Below, in pieces: positions 62,871 through 64,000 of a stretch of DNA of 64,000 bases. The notes beneath the pieces were generated by a model. It made no database searches. It was not told where the DNA came from and saw nothing but the letters and a program-made list of their open reading frames with translations. The stretch's first letter is position 1. Each line of letters opens with the position of its first letter. Position numbers and translations under genes: made by a program. This stretch comes from Chiloscyllium plagiosum. Taxonomy: Eukaryota. The DNA lies in NCBI RefSeq assembly GCF_004010195.1, contig NC_057718.1, positions 3,176,249-3,240,248 on the forward strand, in the 5' to 3' direction.

Positions 62871-63515
62871 TTTAAAAATGTGTTGCTGGAAAAGCACAGC
62901 AGGTCACGCAGCATCCAAGGAACAGGAGAATCGACGTTTCGGGCATAAGCCCTTCTTCAGGAATGAGGAGGGTGTGCCAAGCAGGCTAAGATAAAAGGTA
63001 GGGAGGAGGGATTTGGGGGAGGGGCGTTGGGAATATGATAGATGGAAGGAGGTTAAGGTGAGGGTGATAGGCCGGGAGGGGGTGGGGGCGGAGAGGTTGG
63101 GAAGAAGATTGCAGGTCAAGAAGGCGGTGCTGAGTCTGAGAGTTGGGACTGAGAAAAGGTAGGGGTAGGAGAAATGAGAAAGCTGCAGAAATCTGCATTC
63201 ATCCCTTGTGGTTGGAGGGTTCCTAGGCGGAAGATGAGGCGCTCTTCCTCCAGGCGTCGTGTCGCCATGTCTGGTGATGGACAAGGCCAAGGACCTGTAT
63301 GTCCTTGGCGGAGTGGGAGGGGGAGCTAAAGTGTTCAGCCACGGAGCGGTTGGGTTGGTTGGTGCGGGTGTCCCCAAGGTGTTCTCTGAAACGTTCCGCA
63401 AGTAGGCGGCCTGTCTCCCCAATGTATAGGAGGCCACATCGGCATCCGCTGCACTTTTCCAGCAACACATTTTTAAGCTCTGATCTCCGGCATCTGCAGT
63501 CCTCACTTTCTCCTT
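62871..63515 (-). mobile_element. 5'-truncated Penelope element with inverted 5' terminal fragment
   Basis: GLLYIGETGRLLAERFREH GIY-YIG motif; 16-bp target duplication GCCCAAGGG(C/T)AGGAAG at 62855-62870 and 63516-63531. Confidence 0.9.
62933..62960 (-). ncRNA. Minimal hammerhead ribozyme core in Penelope terminal repeat
   Basis: CTGAAGA-A-GGGC TTAT GCCC-GAAAC-GTC with a perfect stem II; flanks ATTC and GATT give a short stem I. Confidence 0.65.
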
Positions 63516-64000
63516 GCCCAAGGGTAGGAAGCCTCATTAAAGTTTCTGTGATTAAAACTGTTGGTTTTCGGTTATAATAGTGCTTAATCCAGCTAATAGT
63601 GTAATTTACAGGATTACTTCTGTCTGTAGAATTGATTGTGTCAATTTTCCTGTTCATTGCATTTATGTGCATTTCTATTATTCTACTTAGGTTTTGTATT
63701 GTAAATAAACACAGAGATTTTTTTGCCCTGACACACCTGTCTGCTGCCTTCTTCATTTCAGATTTCCTAAATAAGTTCAGTGTCCACAAGCAGGAATCTG
63801 GAGGTGATTGGAACCACTTAAAAATCAGAAAATTCCTGACTGAAAATCAGAAACCGACAATACAGCCACTGCTGCCTGTCATAAAAGCAAAACAGGAAAA
63901 GGGCTGAACCATGGTTTACACGGGAAATTAGAGATAATATGAGATCCAAGGAAGAGGCAAACAAATTAGCCTGGGAAACAAGTGATTGATTAATGATTGA

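Overview
Eukaryotic, repeat-rich DNA, most likely from a cartilaginous fish (HE1-type tRNA-derived V-SINEs, CR1 LINEs, Gypsy and Penelope elements). Most of the window is decayed, nested transposons. Among them are six immunoglobulin-superfamily exons, each encoding a complete antigen-receptor-like V domain already joined to a J-like G strand. They are 345-348 bp, phase 1 at both ends, have an invariant 6-residue CDR3 and carry no recombination signals. Four are on the + strand (10.0, 16.1, 26.1, 29.8 kb) and two on the - strand (54.1, 60.6 kb); two have open frames and four carry stops. A much more decayed leader-V-C1 relic may lie on the + strand at 52.8-58.4 kb. The second notable signal is a set of short Penelope-derived insertions with target-site duplications and minimal hammerhead-ribozyme cores, from two families. 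All calls were made by eye without database searches. Transposon boundaries are approximate (tens of bp); V exon boundaries were read base by base.
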